DNA of 63,714 nt, filler included, from Thraustochytrium aureum (Eukaryota): assembly GCA_012862495.1 (NCBI GenBank). It is 5 parts of 3 records of this genome, joined end to end, with 100 filler letters (N's around TTAATTAATTAA, not from the genome) between each part and the next. Parts side by side here need not be neighbours in the genome. Positions count along the whole stretch, not along the records: positions 1 to 31,057 come from BLSG01000086.1; positions 31,158 to 46,869 come from BLSG01000086.1; 3 more parts are not named here. One strand, written 5' to 3'. Below are positions 24,125 through 36,852 of the stretch, piece by piece. The notes under the pieces are model-generated. The model was not told the DNA's origin, did not search any database, and worked only from the letters and a program-made list of their open reading frames with translations. The translations under genes and the position numbers were made by a program. Each line of letters begins with the position of its first letter. Position 1 is the stretch's first letter.

Positions 24125-27100
24125 ATGGATCGCGCGGAAGGGGACGAGGATGCCAGTCTGATGGGCAGCAGCGTGGACGAATACGTGCAGGACGACAACG
24201 TGTACCACTACTATGATGACCGGGAGGGCGGGCTGACTGGCGTCGAAGGCGCGTGGCAGCCCCCGCCCCCGTCCGAAGCGTCCGCGTCGCTTGCGCTGCC
24301 AGCGACGCTGAAAAAGCGCGTCGAAACGCGCACGCGCGGAGAGTGGCAGCGCGTTCATGCTCCAAAGCTCGACGCCTCTGGCAAGCAAACGGCGCTCTGG
24401 GAGGAGGACCTGTCCGGCACAGGTGGGCCGCGGAACAAGAAAAACTATATCGTAGGCGGCATCGACTGCCTCGCAATCGTCAAGCGCCTCCAAGACTGCT
24501 GGCTTGTCCCTCCAGAGACCATAGCTCTCTCTTCCGCACAACGCTCGAGCAAGGCCAAGAGGCCGCAGGCCGCAGGAAAGCGGACCAAGAAAGGCATGTC
24601 TATCGGATCAAGCGGAAACGTGGACGTTGGCCCGAGCCCCGAGGTCATCCAAGTACAAGCACGGTGCGCCAGGGTGGCGCAGCAGCTAGCTACATCGACA
24701 AGGCGGACAACTCCTCGCGGTGGCTCGAAGCAATCCTGGAGCAGGCTTTCGTCTCCCCAGAAAAGCTTGCTGAGTGGCAGAGCATCTGGGAGGATGCGGA
24801 CGAACTCGACAAGCGCGACGCCACAGAGCGCATGCAGGGCCTAGTTCTAGCCTTTCAGCGCGCACTTTGCGCCGAGCAGGCCTTTGAGAAACTTGATCGC
24901 GCCCAGGCAGAAATCCTCGCCGCCATGAAGAAGGAAGGCATCGCAGACCTGGACGCCGTGGACCGCAAAGCTCGGACAGGAGGCAATACGAAAGGCAAGG
25001 CCGACAATGGCGACGCTCTTGTGGCAAACGCCGCCACAGTTGTGCAGTCGGTGTGGCGGGGGTCACGGTCCCGCCAGAGGTTCGAGGAGCTCGTTGCGCT
25101 TGAACTTGCCGAGATGGAAGCTCGCCTTGCGCGAGACGCGGAGGCTTTCAAGCGCCGCGACACCCGAGCCATGCGCAGCGAGGCGCGGCGCCGCGCAGCG
25201 CTCAAGCTTGAGGTCTTGATCGCCGAGGAAAGACGCGGAGCGGACGAGAGTGCGTCCAGGTCAGACGACGCGGCCCGCAAGAGCAACCCGCTTCTGCTTC
25301 ATTTCCCGCCGGGACTTGAGGTGGCGCGACTCTCATCCCAGCATGGCATGGGATTGGTGCAGCAACACATGGGTGCTGCGTTTGAGCTCTACGTGAACAA
25401 GCTATGGCGCATCCTTGCCCAGCTCCGTGCAGAGGCAACGCGCAGCGACCCGACAAACAGCGTTGTGGATTTCTTGGAAGAGCTTCGGCAGTGCCCCTCT
25501 TTCAGCAAGGAGGACGGGCGCCTGACCAGGGTTGACCTCGAAAAGAGCCTCTGTGCGCTCGGTCCGAGCTTGTCCAGCTACGAGATCAACCTCGTCCTTA
25601 CGTTTTGGGACAGCAACATGGATGGCCTCATTTCGTTAGATCGCGTCGCGGACTCGATCCGTGGCGCGCTCTCGGATAGGCGTCTGCAACTGAGCAACTT
25701 TTCTTTCGATAGGGTGTTCTTCGCAGAAGCGCCGTCGGTGCGCGCGCTATCGGGCCGCCTGGAGCGGCTCACTGAATTCTACAAGCAGTTTGCGCCTGCG
25801 GAAGCAGTCCAAGGCAAGGCGCTTCAGGTGCACCGCAAGTACAAGGACACGGAGAAGGTCAACAAGGAGCTTTTCAAGAAGCTGTACGACAAGTACGTGC
25901 CTTGGCTCGAGGCGCCAGAGTACTTGTGGTCGCCGAAGATGCAGCGCCTTGAACAGGAGCGAACCTGCTTTGTCCCTGTGGGCGAGGCTCTTGGGCTCTA
26001 CGGTGGCCTTCTCGAGCGCGGCGGCGCCTCTTTGAGCGCCGTGCAACGTGGTGCTGTAGAACGGGCGCTCTCAGCACTCCGAGCCGCTGCAAGCGCGAGA
26101 TCGAGCGGCTCAAGCTCTACGGCTGCCAGCTCGAGCAATGTTGTGGAAAGCAGCCTGGCAATGAGGCGATGCGATTGGCTTGCGTTCCACGCCGAGCTCA
26201 GCGCCGGCCTTGAGAGTGACGATGCGTTCGAGTCCCTCGTCTGCTCTGCGGCGTCGCTGGCCGTCGAAGAGTGGAACTTGTATGCTGAGGCAAAGGCCCG
26301 GCGCGCGCTCAAGGAGCGCGACCGCGAGGCGTGGACCACGGCGGTGGCAACCGCAGAACGAGCAAAGATGGAGCGCCTCGAGGCAACATTGAGCCCAGAA
26401 AACTTTGAGCACTACCAACGTGAATTGAACGAGGTGCTTAGGAAGGTGCGCGGATCGCTGCTGCAGGTCTCGGGTGCAGACCGTCGCCTCGCTGATGTGG
26501 AGCGCGAGTTTGAGCTTTGTGCCAGCTTTGGGGACGACCGCAAGCTCACCCATCGGGACTTTATGGCCGCGCTGGCCCGCACCGGAATTGCCCTGACCCG
26601 GGACGAAATGGCGGTCCTCCAGCGCCACTACGACCATGACGCGTCCGGCTATGTTGCCGTCGACGGATTTTTCGAAGGCGTGCGCGCGAGCATACGCCGT
26701 CGGGCAGCGAACGCTCGGGCAGCCGCAGAGCTTGCCAGCTCCGGCGACACGGAGAAGCGCCGCCGCCGTTGGCTAAAGGCGCTCTCGAGCACCATCCTCC
26801 CCGAGTCGAAGAAAGTGTGGGTACGCTATGTCCAGAAGGGCGCGGCGCGGCCAAGCTTGCCCGGTGTGGCCGTTGAGAGACCCTACTGGTATTGCAAGAT
26901 CACCGGGGAGCGCACCTGGTCCAAGCCCAAGCGTTTTGTTCGCCATGACAAGGAGGACTGGACGCGTGAGATAAAGCGCCGCGTGCGCTGGGCCCTCAGC
27001 GCCTTGGTCAAGTACAGAGAGGCAGCGGATGCCGAGCTTGACGTTCAAATCGACGTCGTGCGCCAGTCCGTGACAACCGTTTTGCCGTTGCTGAACGCCA

Positions 27101-30100
27101 AGTTTCATTCGATTCCGGGCACAGTACTGAGCGGGCCGGCCGCGCCGCGCACGATCACCACCTTGGTGTTGGACCACAACGAGCTTGTGGAAGTTCCCTG
27201 CGCGATACTGGACCTCGCCTCCCTTCGCCACCTCAGCCTCAAGGGGAACAAGATCAAGGAGCTCCCCGGGCACGACTTTGCGCGCGCGGAAAGCAATTGC
27301 TACAAAAGCCTCGTGTCTCTGCGCGTGTCGAACAACCAGNNNNNNNNNNNNNNNNNNNNNNNNNNNNNNNNNNNNNNNNNNNNNNNNNNNNNNNNNNNNN
27401 NNNNNNNNNNNNNNNNNNNNNNNNNNNNNNNNNNNNNNNNNNNNNNNNNNNNNNNNNNNNNNNNNNNNNNNNNNNNNNNNNNNNNNNNNNNNNNNNNNNN
27501 NNNNNNNNNNNNNNNNNNNNNNNNNNNNNNNNNNNNNNNNNNNNNNNNNNNNNNNNNNNNNNNNNNNNNNNNNNNNNNNNNNNNNNACAATCGCATCCGC
27601 TCGCTGCCGTCGGCCGCGTCGAGCTGGAGCGGCCTCGCAGGTCTCTGCGCTGGCTGTCGCTAAGCAACAACCAGCTGTCCACGGTCCCCAAAGCCCTCGG
27701 CGAGACGCTGCGCGCGTGCCGTTTCCTCGATCTCCGCGACAACCGGATCGACTCGCTGCCAGACACTTTCGGGTCCGGCTTGCAGAGCCTGACGACTCTT
27801 CACATCGAGCGGAACAACCTCCTCACGCTAGCGCCGGGCCTTGGCCACTGTCGCGAGCTCAAGGAGGTCTTCCTCCAACACAACGCGCTCAACGAGATCC
27901 CGGACGAAGTTTGCCATCTGGCTGGTGTTGAGGAGATTCGACTCAATAACAATAGGCTGGCCAAGCTGCCAGACCGCATTGGAGACCTCGTCGGGCTCCG
28001 CAGGCTGATCTTGCAGTGCAACCGTCTCTCGAGAGTGCCATCCTCGTTCTGCCACCTCGAGTCGCTTGAAGAATGCTGGATGCACCAAAACGACCTGGAA
28101 GAGCTTCCGAAAAGCGTGCCGCTCTCTCTGAAAACCTGGAAACTGCACAACAACCGGCTGACCCAGTTTCCGGAGAGCGTGGCAAGTTCGTCAGGGCTGC
28201 GCCACCTCGACCTCTCCGGCAACCAGATCTCGTCCTTGCCGCTCGGCTTTTGTCACATGCGCGACCTCGAGTTTCTGCGCCTTGACGGCAACCCTCTGGA
28301 GAAGCCGCTTTCCAAGATTGTCGCCACAGGCCGGTACAGCACCCCGGACGAAAAGAACTACGGCTTGCTGCTCCGCAAGCTCGTCGACAGCGTCAAGAGC
28401 ACGCCGGACGTCCAAGGCCGGATCGACACGGCCCTTGGCGTGAGCGTCGAGCAAGCCATCCGCGAGAGCCAGCAGCAAGCGCGCGAGCGCCTCCAAAAGG
28501 CAAAGGAAGTCAAGCTCGGCATCAGCAGCCGCCGCTTCGTGCAAAGCTTTGGGGGACTGGATGGCGAGCAGCGCGAGGCCGCCGACGAGGCAGACCAGGA
28601 GCGGTCTCAGCGCGCCCTGGCCGCCACGCTGCTTCGCAAGGGCCGATCAGCGGTGCAGCAAGAGCTGTCGCTGAGCTTGAAGCGTTTCTCGGAGTCGCAC
28701 GGTTGCGATGGGGTTCACATCAGCAAGTCGGCGTTCCACCACTGCATCCAGGTTGTTGGGAGCCTCTTGTCGGCGGTCGAAGTCGACAGGCTGACCGCGC
28801 GAGTGTTCCAGCTCTTTGCGGAGCCCGCTGGCGCTGCCACGGCAGAGGCCAAGCTCAAGGGCAGAAAGGGGCCCGAGACGGTCAACGAGGGCGACGCGCC
28901 GAAAATCATGTTCGACCTGTTTGTCGTCTCAATTCAGGATGCCGCGCGGTCGACCGCGGGTTTGGCTCCTGCAAGTGACCCAGTCCCCGCCGAGGCAGAG
29001 CGGGGCGTGGACGCCAAGGGTCTTTGCGACCTGGAGGCTTCTGGCAAGGCTCGGCCCATCGTTTCAATCGGCGTCGCCAACTTGACGCGAAACCGCGACG
29101 TAGCTGTGGCCGTGATGCGGTACTTTGAGGAACGTGCTGCTCTTGCGCGGCTTCGCACGGGGAAAGTAGCGGCTGGCACGGCGCTCACATTGTCGGGCGG
29201 CCGGCCTTGGTCCCCGAAAGCGTCGCGGGCCGGGCCGGATGGCCGCTCGCCAGAAGAGGAGCTAGAGGAGCTCAAGGCACTTGCAAACAAGAACGCCAAA
29301 CTCGACAAGAAGCTCGCAGACTTGGAGCGAAAACTCAACATATCGGCCGAGCGCGCTCGAATCGTCCAAGAGTATGAGCGCGCCGAAGCCATGCGGCGGA
29401 ACAACAACGCCACAACCGGGCCGAGCGCCATTATCGCGCCTCCTCGCGTAGGTGAAGGCAAGGCAAATAGCCCCCGCCCGTCAAGACCGCTCTCGGCTGG
29501 AGGCGCTGCCAGCTCCGAATCGCCTCGGACGCGGGCCATGCTCGCTGAGAAGGCGGGGTTGCGAGAGGACCTTCGCGAGAAGAACCGCAGGATTCAAGAG
29601 CTGTCGCGCACGCTGCAACAGACCAAGGCCGTGGCTCGCCACTACAACGAGTCGATGGCCGAGGAGTGCCACCGTCTTCGCGAGGTGAAGGAGAAACGGC
29701 GCTCGCGGCGCAAAGAGGAGCACAAGGCCAAGTCCTTACCGGAGCCTGAGCGCCTCGCCTTGCGGGAGAAGAAGGAGCGCGATGCGAAGATCAAGGCCAT
29801 CTTTTACGAGGCGGCCCAGCCGGGCGCAGACAGCAGCAAGCGCGTGCTGTCAAAGGGGCAGATGATCTCTGCAGTGGTCAAGCTCTTTTTGCACTTTGGC
29901 CAAGGAAGGCGGGGGCTCTCCTCTGGGGAATGGCGCCAGAAGCTCTTGCACACAGTGAACGAGGCTTTCAGCAGCGGGTTTCGCAACGCAAAGTCAGGCC
30001 GGTACATCTCTTTCGACAAAGACGAGAATGGAGTCCTCGACCTGAACGAGTTTCGCGCGTTTTGCAACGAGATGGAGCGGCGGATCCTCGCTGAAGCTAG

Positions 30101-30524
30101 CGCCGAGCACGTGGTCGCTAGAAGCGACTCGAGCACTCGCGACGCGGAGACGCGCGCCAGCACCGGTGCCGAAGCGCAGTGGCTCGCCGCAAACGCCAGC
30201 GTGGGGGGCCCTGCCGTGTTGGCTGCCTCAGCAGCGGACAGAGCGAGTCCAGGTCAGACGAGCGGCGAGCCCGCCGAGCAGCGCCTCGGCAGTTTCCCGG
30301 TCAAGGTCGACTGCATCTCTGCGACCCGCGCCATTCACGTTGAGATGCGGAGCGGGAACGAGACGGTTGGGGCCCTCAAGGCCAAGATCGCGTTTGCTGA
30401 AGGCATCCCGAGAGACGCCCAGCTGTTGTTCTTCAACGACAGAAAGCTCTTGGACGGGTCCACGCTGACATCTGTTGGCCTGCAGCCGGGCGGCACTTGC
30501 ATGCTCGTGCTCCGCCCCCTGTAA
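24125..30524 (+). CDS. Giant multidomain protein: IQ, EF-hands, WW, LRRs, coiled coil, EF-hand, ubiquitin-like; frameshifts near 24680 and 27640, gap 27340-27586
   Basis: VQSVWRGSRSR (IQ); WDSNMDGLIS and YDHDASGYV (EF); YWYCKITGERTWSKP (WW); many LxLxxNxLxxLP repeats; FDKDENGVLDLNEF; TVGALKAKIAFAEGIPRDAQLLFFNDRKLLDGSTL (Ubl). Confidence 0.8.
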
Positions 30525-30728
30525 ACGCTTGCACTCGCAACACATACCTCTAGAGTAATGATAGATACATCTGAAGAAGATTGGTAGGGGCGTCGCTGGC
30601 GCTGCCACAAACCACGCGCAACCAATCACAGTACAGGATTTCATGTCAAAAGCTACTCTCGCGCACAGCACCAGGCAGGTTGTCGTCGCGCCGCGGCTCG
30701 CAGGGGCCCCCAGCTTGGGGCGCGCCGA

Positions 30729-31056
30729 TCACCCGCGCCGCTTCCGCATCGCCTCTTGCGAAACAAGCTCTTTCATCTCCTCAAGCGCTTCGTTGACGCG
30801 CGGACGGTCCTTGTCGAACTGCACAAAGTCGATCGGGATCCGCTTGGGCGCCTCGCTGCGCACCTTAGACAACAGGTAGCGAAACCCGTTCTCCTGATTG
30901 CGGCGCACGAGGGTGTATGCGAACCCCGGGCGCCCGGCGCGCGCCACGCGGCCCACACGATGAACGTACGCCTTGACGTAAGCCGGGATGTCGTAGTTGA
31001 TAACGTTGACAAGGTTGTCGAGGTCGATCCCGCGCGACATGACATCGGAGACGACC
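30729..31056 (-). CDS. DEAD-box RNA helicase C-terminus (DDX51/Dbp6-like), partial
   Basis: SDVMSRGID (motif V), [22 protein letters not shown] (motif VI). Confidence 0.9.
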
Positions 31057-31101
31057 ANNNNNNNNNNNNNNNNNNNNNNNNNNNNNNNNNNNNNNNNNNN
31101 N

Positions 31102-31113
31102 TTAATTAATTAA
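31102..31113. other. Artificial scaffold linker TTAATTAATTAA
   Basis: Stops in all six frames, flanked by about 45 N on each side, identical at four sites. Confidence 0.97.
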
Positions 31114-31157
31114 NNNNNNNNNNNNNNNNNNNNNNNNNNNNNNNNNNNNNNNNNNNN

Positions 31158-34100
31158 CAGGCGAGGGCGACGGGCGACGCCCCGCCGAGCGCGCGCTGTG
31201 CCCCCGCTTGTGACCCCGCTCGTGACCCGCGGCGGCAGCCTCGCGCGACCTGCCCGCGCGCCCCGTTGTAGGAGTGGATCCCAGGTACCGGATCGACTCG
31301 GGTTGGACTTCGCCTTGCGATCCATCGTCAAAGCGGACCTTGTATCTGCCGGCGCCGTTCGGCCCGCTCGAGATGCGACCCTTCGCCCAGCAAAAGTTGC
31401 TGTTCACTGCGTCCACAAGGTCTCCTTGCGCAAGCCGGGTCCCGCCCGCAGTGGCTCGATTCTCCGGACTGCGGCGCCGATGCTTCAAGCCCGACCCTAA
31501 CCCTGCGTAAACGCGTCGCAGAAGCGAGGGCTCGAGGTTGAAAGCGCGGTCCCCGTCATCGAAAAGGATGTCGAATGTTTTGTCGCGGTTTACGTGCTCG
31601 ACTTGGCCGAGCAGCCAGGCCTCCGTCCCTGGGAAACGAGCTTCTACGCGGTCCCCCTTTCTGTGCGAGAACCCTCCCGCTCCCTGGGACGCGTCCCCGG
31701 TATCGAGCGAGGACGATCCCACGACTTGGACTATTGGGGGTGACTGCGGGCGGGACATTTTGGGCCGGCGAATGTAGCACGCAGACACGCCGCGCTCGCA
31801 GGCTCCATTGTCGTATTCAAGGTCGTATGTGTCGTTTGGCCAGGCGGTGACAACTGTTGCCGCATGAAACCGAGGACCGCGTCCTCGCCTTGCCTCGACC
31901 GCTTCGCCCTTTCGAAAGCGGTCTCGAAACACCTCGTTTTGGCGACGCCCGGGACGTGCCCGGATATGCTGCTCTGGGACGTCATCGACTGTTGTTCCGT
32001 CCTGGAACCGGACCCGATACAAGCCCTGGGCTTGGTGCGCCTTGCGCACTGTCGCCTTGAGCCAGCGAGAGCCGTCGCGATACCGCGCTTCGACAGCGTC
32101 TCCGGCGGCAAAGGCAGGCGCTGAGGCTTGCTCTACTCCAGCGGCGGCGGCCCGCACTTGGCGTTTCTCGACCTGCGTCAGTAGGTGCGTTCCTTCCACC
32201 AAGACATCATACGTTCCGCTGGACTCGTCCCGCCCCAAAACCTGTCCCGATCGCCACGGCGCCGACGTCGACTCGCGCACCTCGACAGGTACGCCAATGG
32301 CGAATGCGAGTGGTACCACATCAAGCCGAAGCCCCCCCCTCGCTCGACTTGCTGTTTGCCTCTAGAATCCCTCGGCGACGGCGAGCGCGAGCGCCGTGTT
32401 CGCGAATCTGGAGAGCGCGCAGATCCAGGCGAACGCGAGCGCGAGCGGCTTCGCTGTGAGCGCGCAGAGCTAGGTGAGCGCGACCGGCTTCTCCGCGAGC
32501 GCTCAGAGTCACGCGAGCCCGACCGGCTTCGCAATGAGAGGCGTGATTGATCATGATCACCATCCTCGCTTCGCCGGGCAGGAGACCGCCCGCGCCGCTG
32601 TGCACGGCTTGTCGCGACATGTCTTGGCCGAGCCTGAAGAGCGCTTCTCTTTGAAGGTGCGCTTGGGCCATTGACCGAGGCCCGGCGAACGGCGTACGAG
32701 GCCACGCCCTTCTCTCTATTCCCGTCGTCGTACTTGATTGTAAACGTCCCTGCCTCGACCTCGACAGACTCTACTCGCCCGGGATACCACTTGGCGCCTC
32801 CCATAAAGCGAGCTTCGACAGCATCGCCAGGGCGCAGCGCGCGCGAGTCAGCACCAACTTGAGCTTCGCAGACTCGAATCGCCTCGGCCACGACACCCCG
32901 CTCTTTGTCGCCGTCATCGTAGTCGATTGCGTACGTTCCGTCTCTGTATACGTTAGCGATCTTGCCTCGATACCACTTTCTTCCTCCATTGAATCGTGCT
33001 TCCACCCTCGAGCCCATTTGAAACGCGACCGGCCGTGCTTGCGTTTCCTCGTTTCCAACGCGGCGAACGTCAGGCGCTCGGCGATCTTGCACGAAATCAT
33101 TCTGACTGGTGTCGGCGGGCCGCGTTTTCGAGTCCACAGGACGACGGTCTTCGGCAGCAGGCCATTTCTTTCCGTCGTCTTTCCTTCGGGCTTCGACGCG
33201 GCCGCCGCGGCTAGACTTTGGCGAGCGAGGCTGATGCGTTGATGCGGAACTTGCAGCACTTCGAACATGGTCCTCGGCCACGTTGTGCTCGACGTCGCCG
33301 TCGTCGTAAACGATCGAAAACGTTCGACTTTGCAGGTCGCTCGAGCGCACGATGCCCTTGTACCAGCGGGCAGCGCCAAGGTATCGCGCCTCGACCTGGT
33401 CGCCGGGGCAGAACGACAGCGGCGCTGGAGCTGGTTCCGGCTCGGGCTCCTCCTGCGCGCTCTGGTCTTTTTCGCGCATTGAAGCAAGATTGCGCTCCGA
33501 CGACTTTTCAAGGAGCCGGACGGCTTCGGGCGCGAGTCTGTGAAGCGTCGCCCTCGATATCGCGCTGTTCGCCTCCGGCTCGAACCACACATCGAGCAAG
33601 CCGTCGGCCCTGCTCGAGACAACGACGCCGTTGGCGACCCGCTTGCTCGGGCCAATGCGGGCTGCGACGCGGTCGCCGACGCCAAGAGCATGCGTGACTG
33701 CTCTCGAAGCCTGGTGCGCAGCTCGCGATGCTGCTGCAGTCCGAGCGACATCCGCAAGAAACCGCTCGTACGAGACCATGTCCAACCCATTCGCGTCTTT
33801 GTGCGCCCAGTATTGGCCAAGCGCGTGCCGCAGCTCATCCATGTGGAACTGCGCACCTTGGTCGCGCAAAACACGCTCGAAGGTTTTTGCATCCATGACG
33901 CCGGATCCGTACGAGTCGAATCGCGCAAACGCCTGGAAGTAGCGCGCCACATCGCGCGGCGCTTCTCCGGCGGCTTGCAAGGCGCGGACGAGGCCCGATG
34001 GCTGGGAGGCAGCGCGGTCTGTGCCAGTTGGCGAGCTCTGCGCTTGACCGTGCCTCTGCTCCGCAGTTCTGAGGGACCGGAGGCGACCTGGCGGGACGTT

Positions 34101-35594
34101 GTTTTCGCGCTCGCCGTCCAGAAACCCAACGTCGAACGTGCCATCAATGTTGGCCGCGAGTACCCTGGCTTGATACCAAGCCGTCTGATCCTTCCAGCGG
34201 GCCTCAACGACCTGGCCCTGATGAAACAAATCTGGCATCCTGGCCCCCGAGCCGTCCTCGTTCAGTGAATAGATTGGCTCGAGGCGCGACGCGCTCACGT
34301 TCTGCTCAATTTGGCCCGTCTCGTCAAACACGACCTCGTACAGTCCATTGGGTGCAACGCGCGAGATGCGAGCAGAAAAGCAGAGGCGGCTGGTCAGGCC
34401 ACGGACTCGGACCCTCTGCCTTGGCGCGAATGCCGGCGCGAATGCCGGCGCGGCGCTAACTTGTTCCAAAGCCCCTGCTGATGCTGACAGGAGCGGCGCA
34501 ACCGAGTCTGCGTCTAGGAAGCGCTGTNNNNNNNNNNNNNNNNNNNNNNNNNNNNNNNNNNNNNNNNNNNNNNNNNNNNNNNNNNNNNNNNNNNNNNNNN
34601 NNNNNNNNNNNNNNNNNNNNNNNNNNNNNNNNNNNNNNNNNNNNNNNNNNNNNNNNNNNNNNNNNNNNNNNNNNNNNNNNNNNNNNNNNNNNNNNNNNNN
34701 NNNNNNNNNNNNNNNNNNNNNNNNNNNNNNNNNNNNNNNNNNNNNNNNNNNNNNNNNNNNNNNNNNNNNNNNNNNNNCGCGCACAAACTGGCCGACCACG
34801 ATGGCGGGCGGCTTGCTGGGAGCCTTTGAAACGTCGCGAAGACCTTGCCTGTCTGGGGGGCCCACTTGTCGAAGCATATCCTCCTCTAGCCCGTTGACAA
34901 GCTGGCCCGAGCTGAGCAGGACCCCGAACGTCCCATCGTAGTTGAGGCGCGAGACAGAGCCTGGGAGCCAGCCGTTAGCGCCGCCAGCACGAGCAAGGAC
35001 GGCATCCCCTTCGCGGAAGCAGGGCCCCGTCCGCCCGGTTGCGCAGCTTGGCGGAGGAGCGCGACCGTGAATCGGCTTTGGCGCCAAACGAACGTACATC
35101 GGCTCTTGGTCGCCATCGAGCGGCCTGACGAACGCGCCGCTGACGCCCGACTCGGTGTCGCCATCATCAAAGTGCACGTCGTACAAGGCCCCGCGCCCAG
35201 GCTCGTGATACGCCGCCGTCACGGTCGCAGGAAACCACCTGTGCTTGCCAAGGTACCTAGCTTGCACGCGCTGGCCGACTTGGAGCCCGTCGAGGCTGGC
35301 CGCGGCGGCGGCGTCCATTTGGTCGCACCTAGCCCGAACGAGGCCCGGCCGCACCCACGTCTCGACCCACCCGTCGTCGAAGCGCAGGTCGTACGAAAAC
35401 CCCCCGAGCGCGTCCTGCCGAGCGAAAAGGACCTTGGCTGGGGCCCATTCGCCCCGAATGCGCCCGTCGTACTGCCTGGTCTCGACGCGTTCGTTTTCAA
35501 GAAACCTGTACTCGCCCGTCTTGCTTTCGCACTCGCCAACGCTTTGCCGGTCGCCGAAGCGCCCGTCCATGTCTTCGACATTGAGGTAGCCCAT
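31158..35594 (-). CDS. Multi-Tudor/Agenet-like repeat protein with EF-hand pair and RS-rich tract; frameshift near 32320, 3' partial
   Basis: At least 14 copies of F..GD.VEAR....WY.G.V......TY.I.YDDGD.E..V; FARFDSYGSGVMD; SRSRSPS tract. Confidence 0.85.
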
Positions 35595-36852
35595 CCTGCC
35601 GCGACGCTCGTGCCGGGCTGCGTTTCCTTTTCGACGAGCTCACGGCGGCCTTGCTCGAGCGGATTCTCAGCCGAGCTGGAGAGCGCTTCCCAGCGCTGCC
35701 CTCAGTCGCGGCACTGCTAGATCTGCGTTCGCTGCTAGATCTGCGTTCGCTGCGGCATCAACGATTGGCGAGATTGTGCCGCAGCGCCCTCCTGCATGCG
35801 TTTGATCCGTTACGCCAATTTGTTTTGATGCCTGCCGCGAGGCGGAGCGAAAACGAAGCTCCCAAAACGATGGCAGCAGCCCTGGCGAAATCAGCACGGC
35901 TAACGCCACGCGGCCAACTGCCGGTCGAAGAAGACGAGCGCGCGAGTCGCTGGAAGCCGCCGCACCCGGACAAGGAAGGCTGCGGTCGGTGAGCAGGAAT
36001 CATGCAAGGTGGGCGACTGCGCCAGCCCTTGCCGCTCGCTCTAGTTCTACAGTACAGTAGCTGATGAGAGTAGACAAACTCGCCCCAGTACTGAACGGGT
36101 AGACACGCGCTCGAGCGAGCGAGCGGCCTCCGCGGCGTGGAACATCAGTTCAGAATAGAGACTGGGAAAAAAAAACGTCCAAACACCATTCCTTCCCAGG
36201 CGCGCATCCGGCAAGGCAGGTACACAAGTTGATTGAGCTCGCATGCCTGCCTTCCCAGCCACGCGCCCAGGCAGCCCGGCCGCGCGAGAAGCGTCGCCCG
36301 CAACGGAGCAACACATTGAAAAACAGAACAGAACAGATTGAGAATCTTGTCTTGAGAGTCTTGAATCTTGATGAAACGTTGTAGCAAAAAACGAACGAAC
36401 AGAAGCTCACTCTGTTCTGCGTCGCGGGCAGCAGACCTAACAGAAAGGTCACGGGCGCTAGGGTTGCGGAATGGGTTAGCCTGAGGATGATTGATGTGCG
36501 AGGCAGAGCAGGAGCTCGCGGTGCAGTTCGCGCGCGCGGAGGCCTTGGCGCTCGACCAGGAAAGGAATAACGGGGGCTTGGAGGCGCAGAAGAACATAAA
36601 GAGCCCCTGCTGCAGCCGGGCCTCTGCGCGAGGCCCTGGCAGCGCCCACGGCGCTGCTGGAGGCTGGTGCGCCGGTCTCTCGGACCGGTGCGAGCTGGAG
36701 GCGGTTGCTGCGAGCGCCCGCCCGCTGCGGCGGTGCATGGACGGACTGCGGAGGAACGCGCCGGTGGACCTGGTGACCGCGCCGAAGGGCTCGGCCCGCA
36801 GAGCCGGCCGCGCGCGGCTGCCGACGGCGAGGGCCTGGTCGGCGAGCTAACG

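Noticed and set aside
35714..35749. 18-bp direct duplication ctgctagatctgcgttcg x2
   Set aside because: Simple slippage duplication; not flanking an insertion.
36060..36490. TGATGA/CTGA pairs suggesting C/D-box snoRNAs
   Set aside because: No terminal stem or rRNA-complementary guide could be verified by eye; snoscan or Infernal would be needed.
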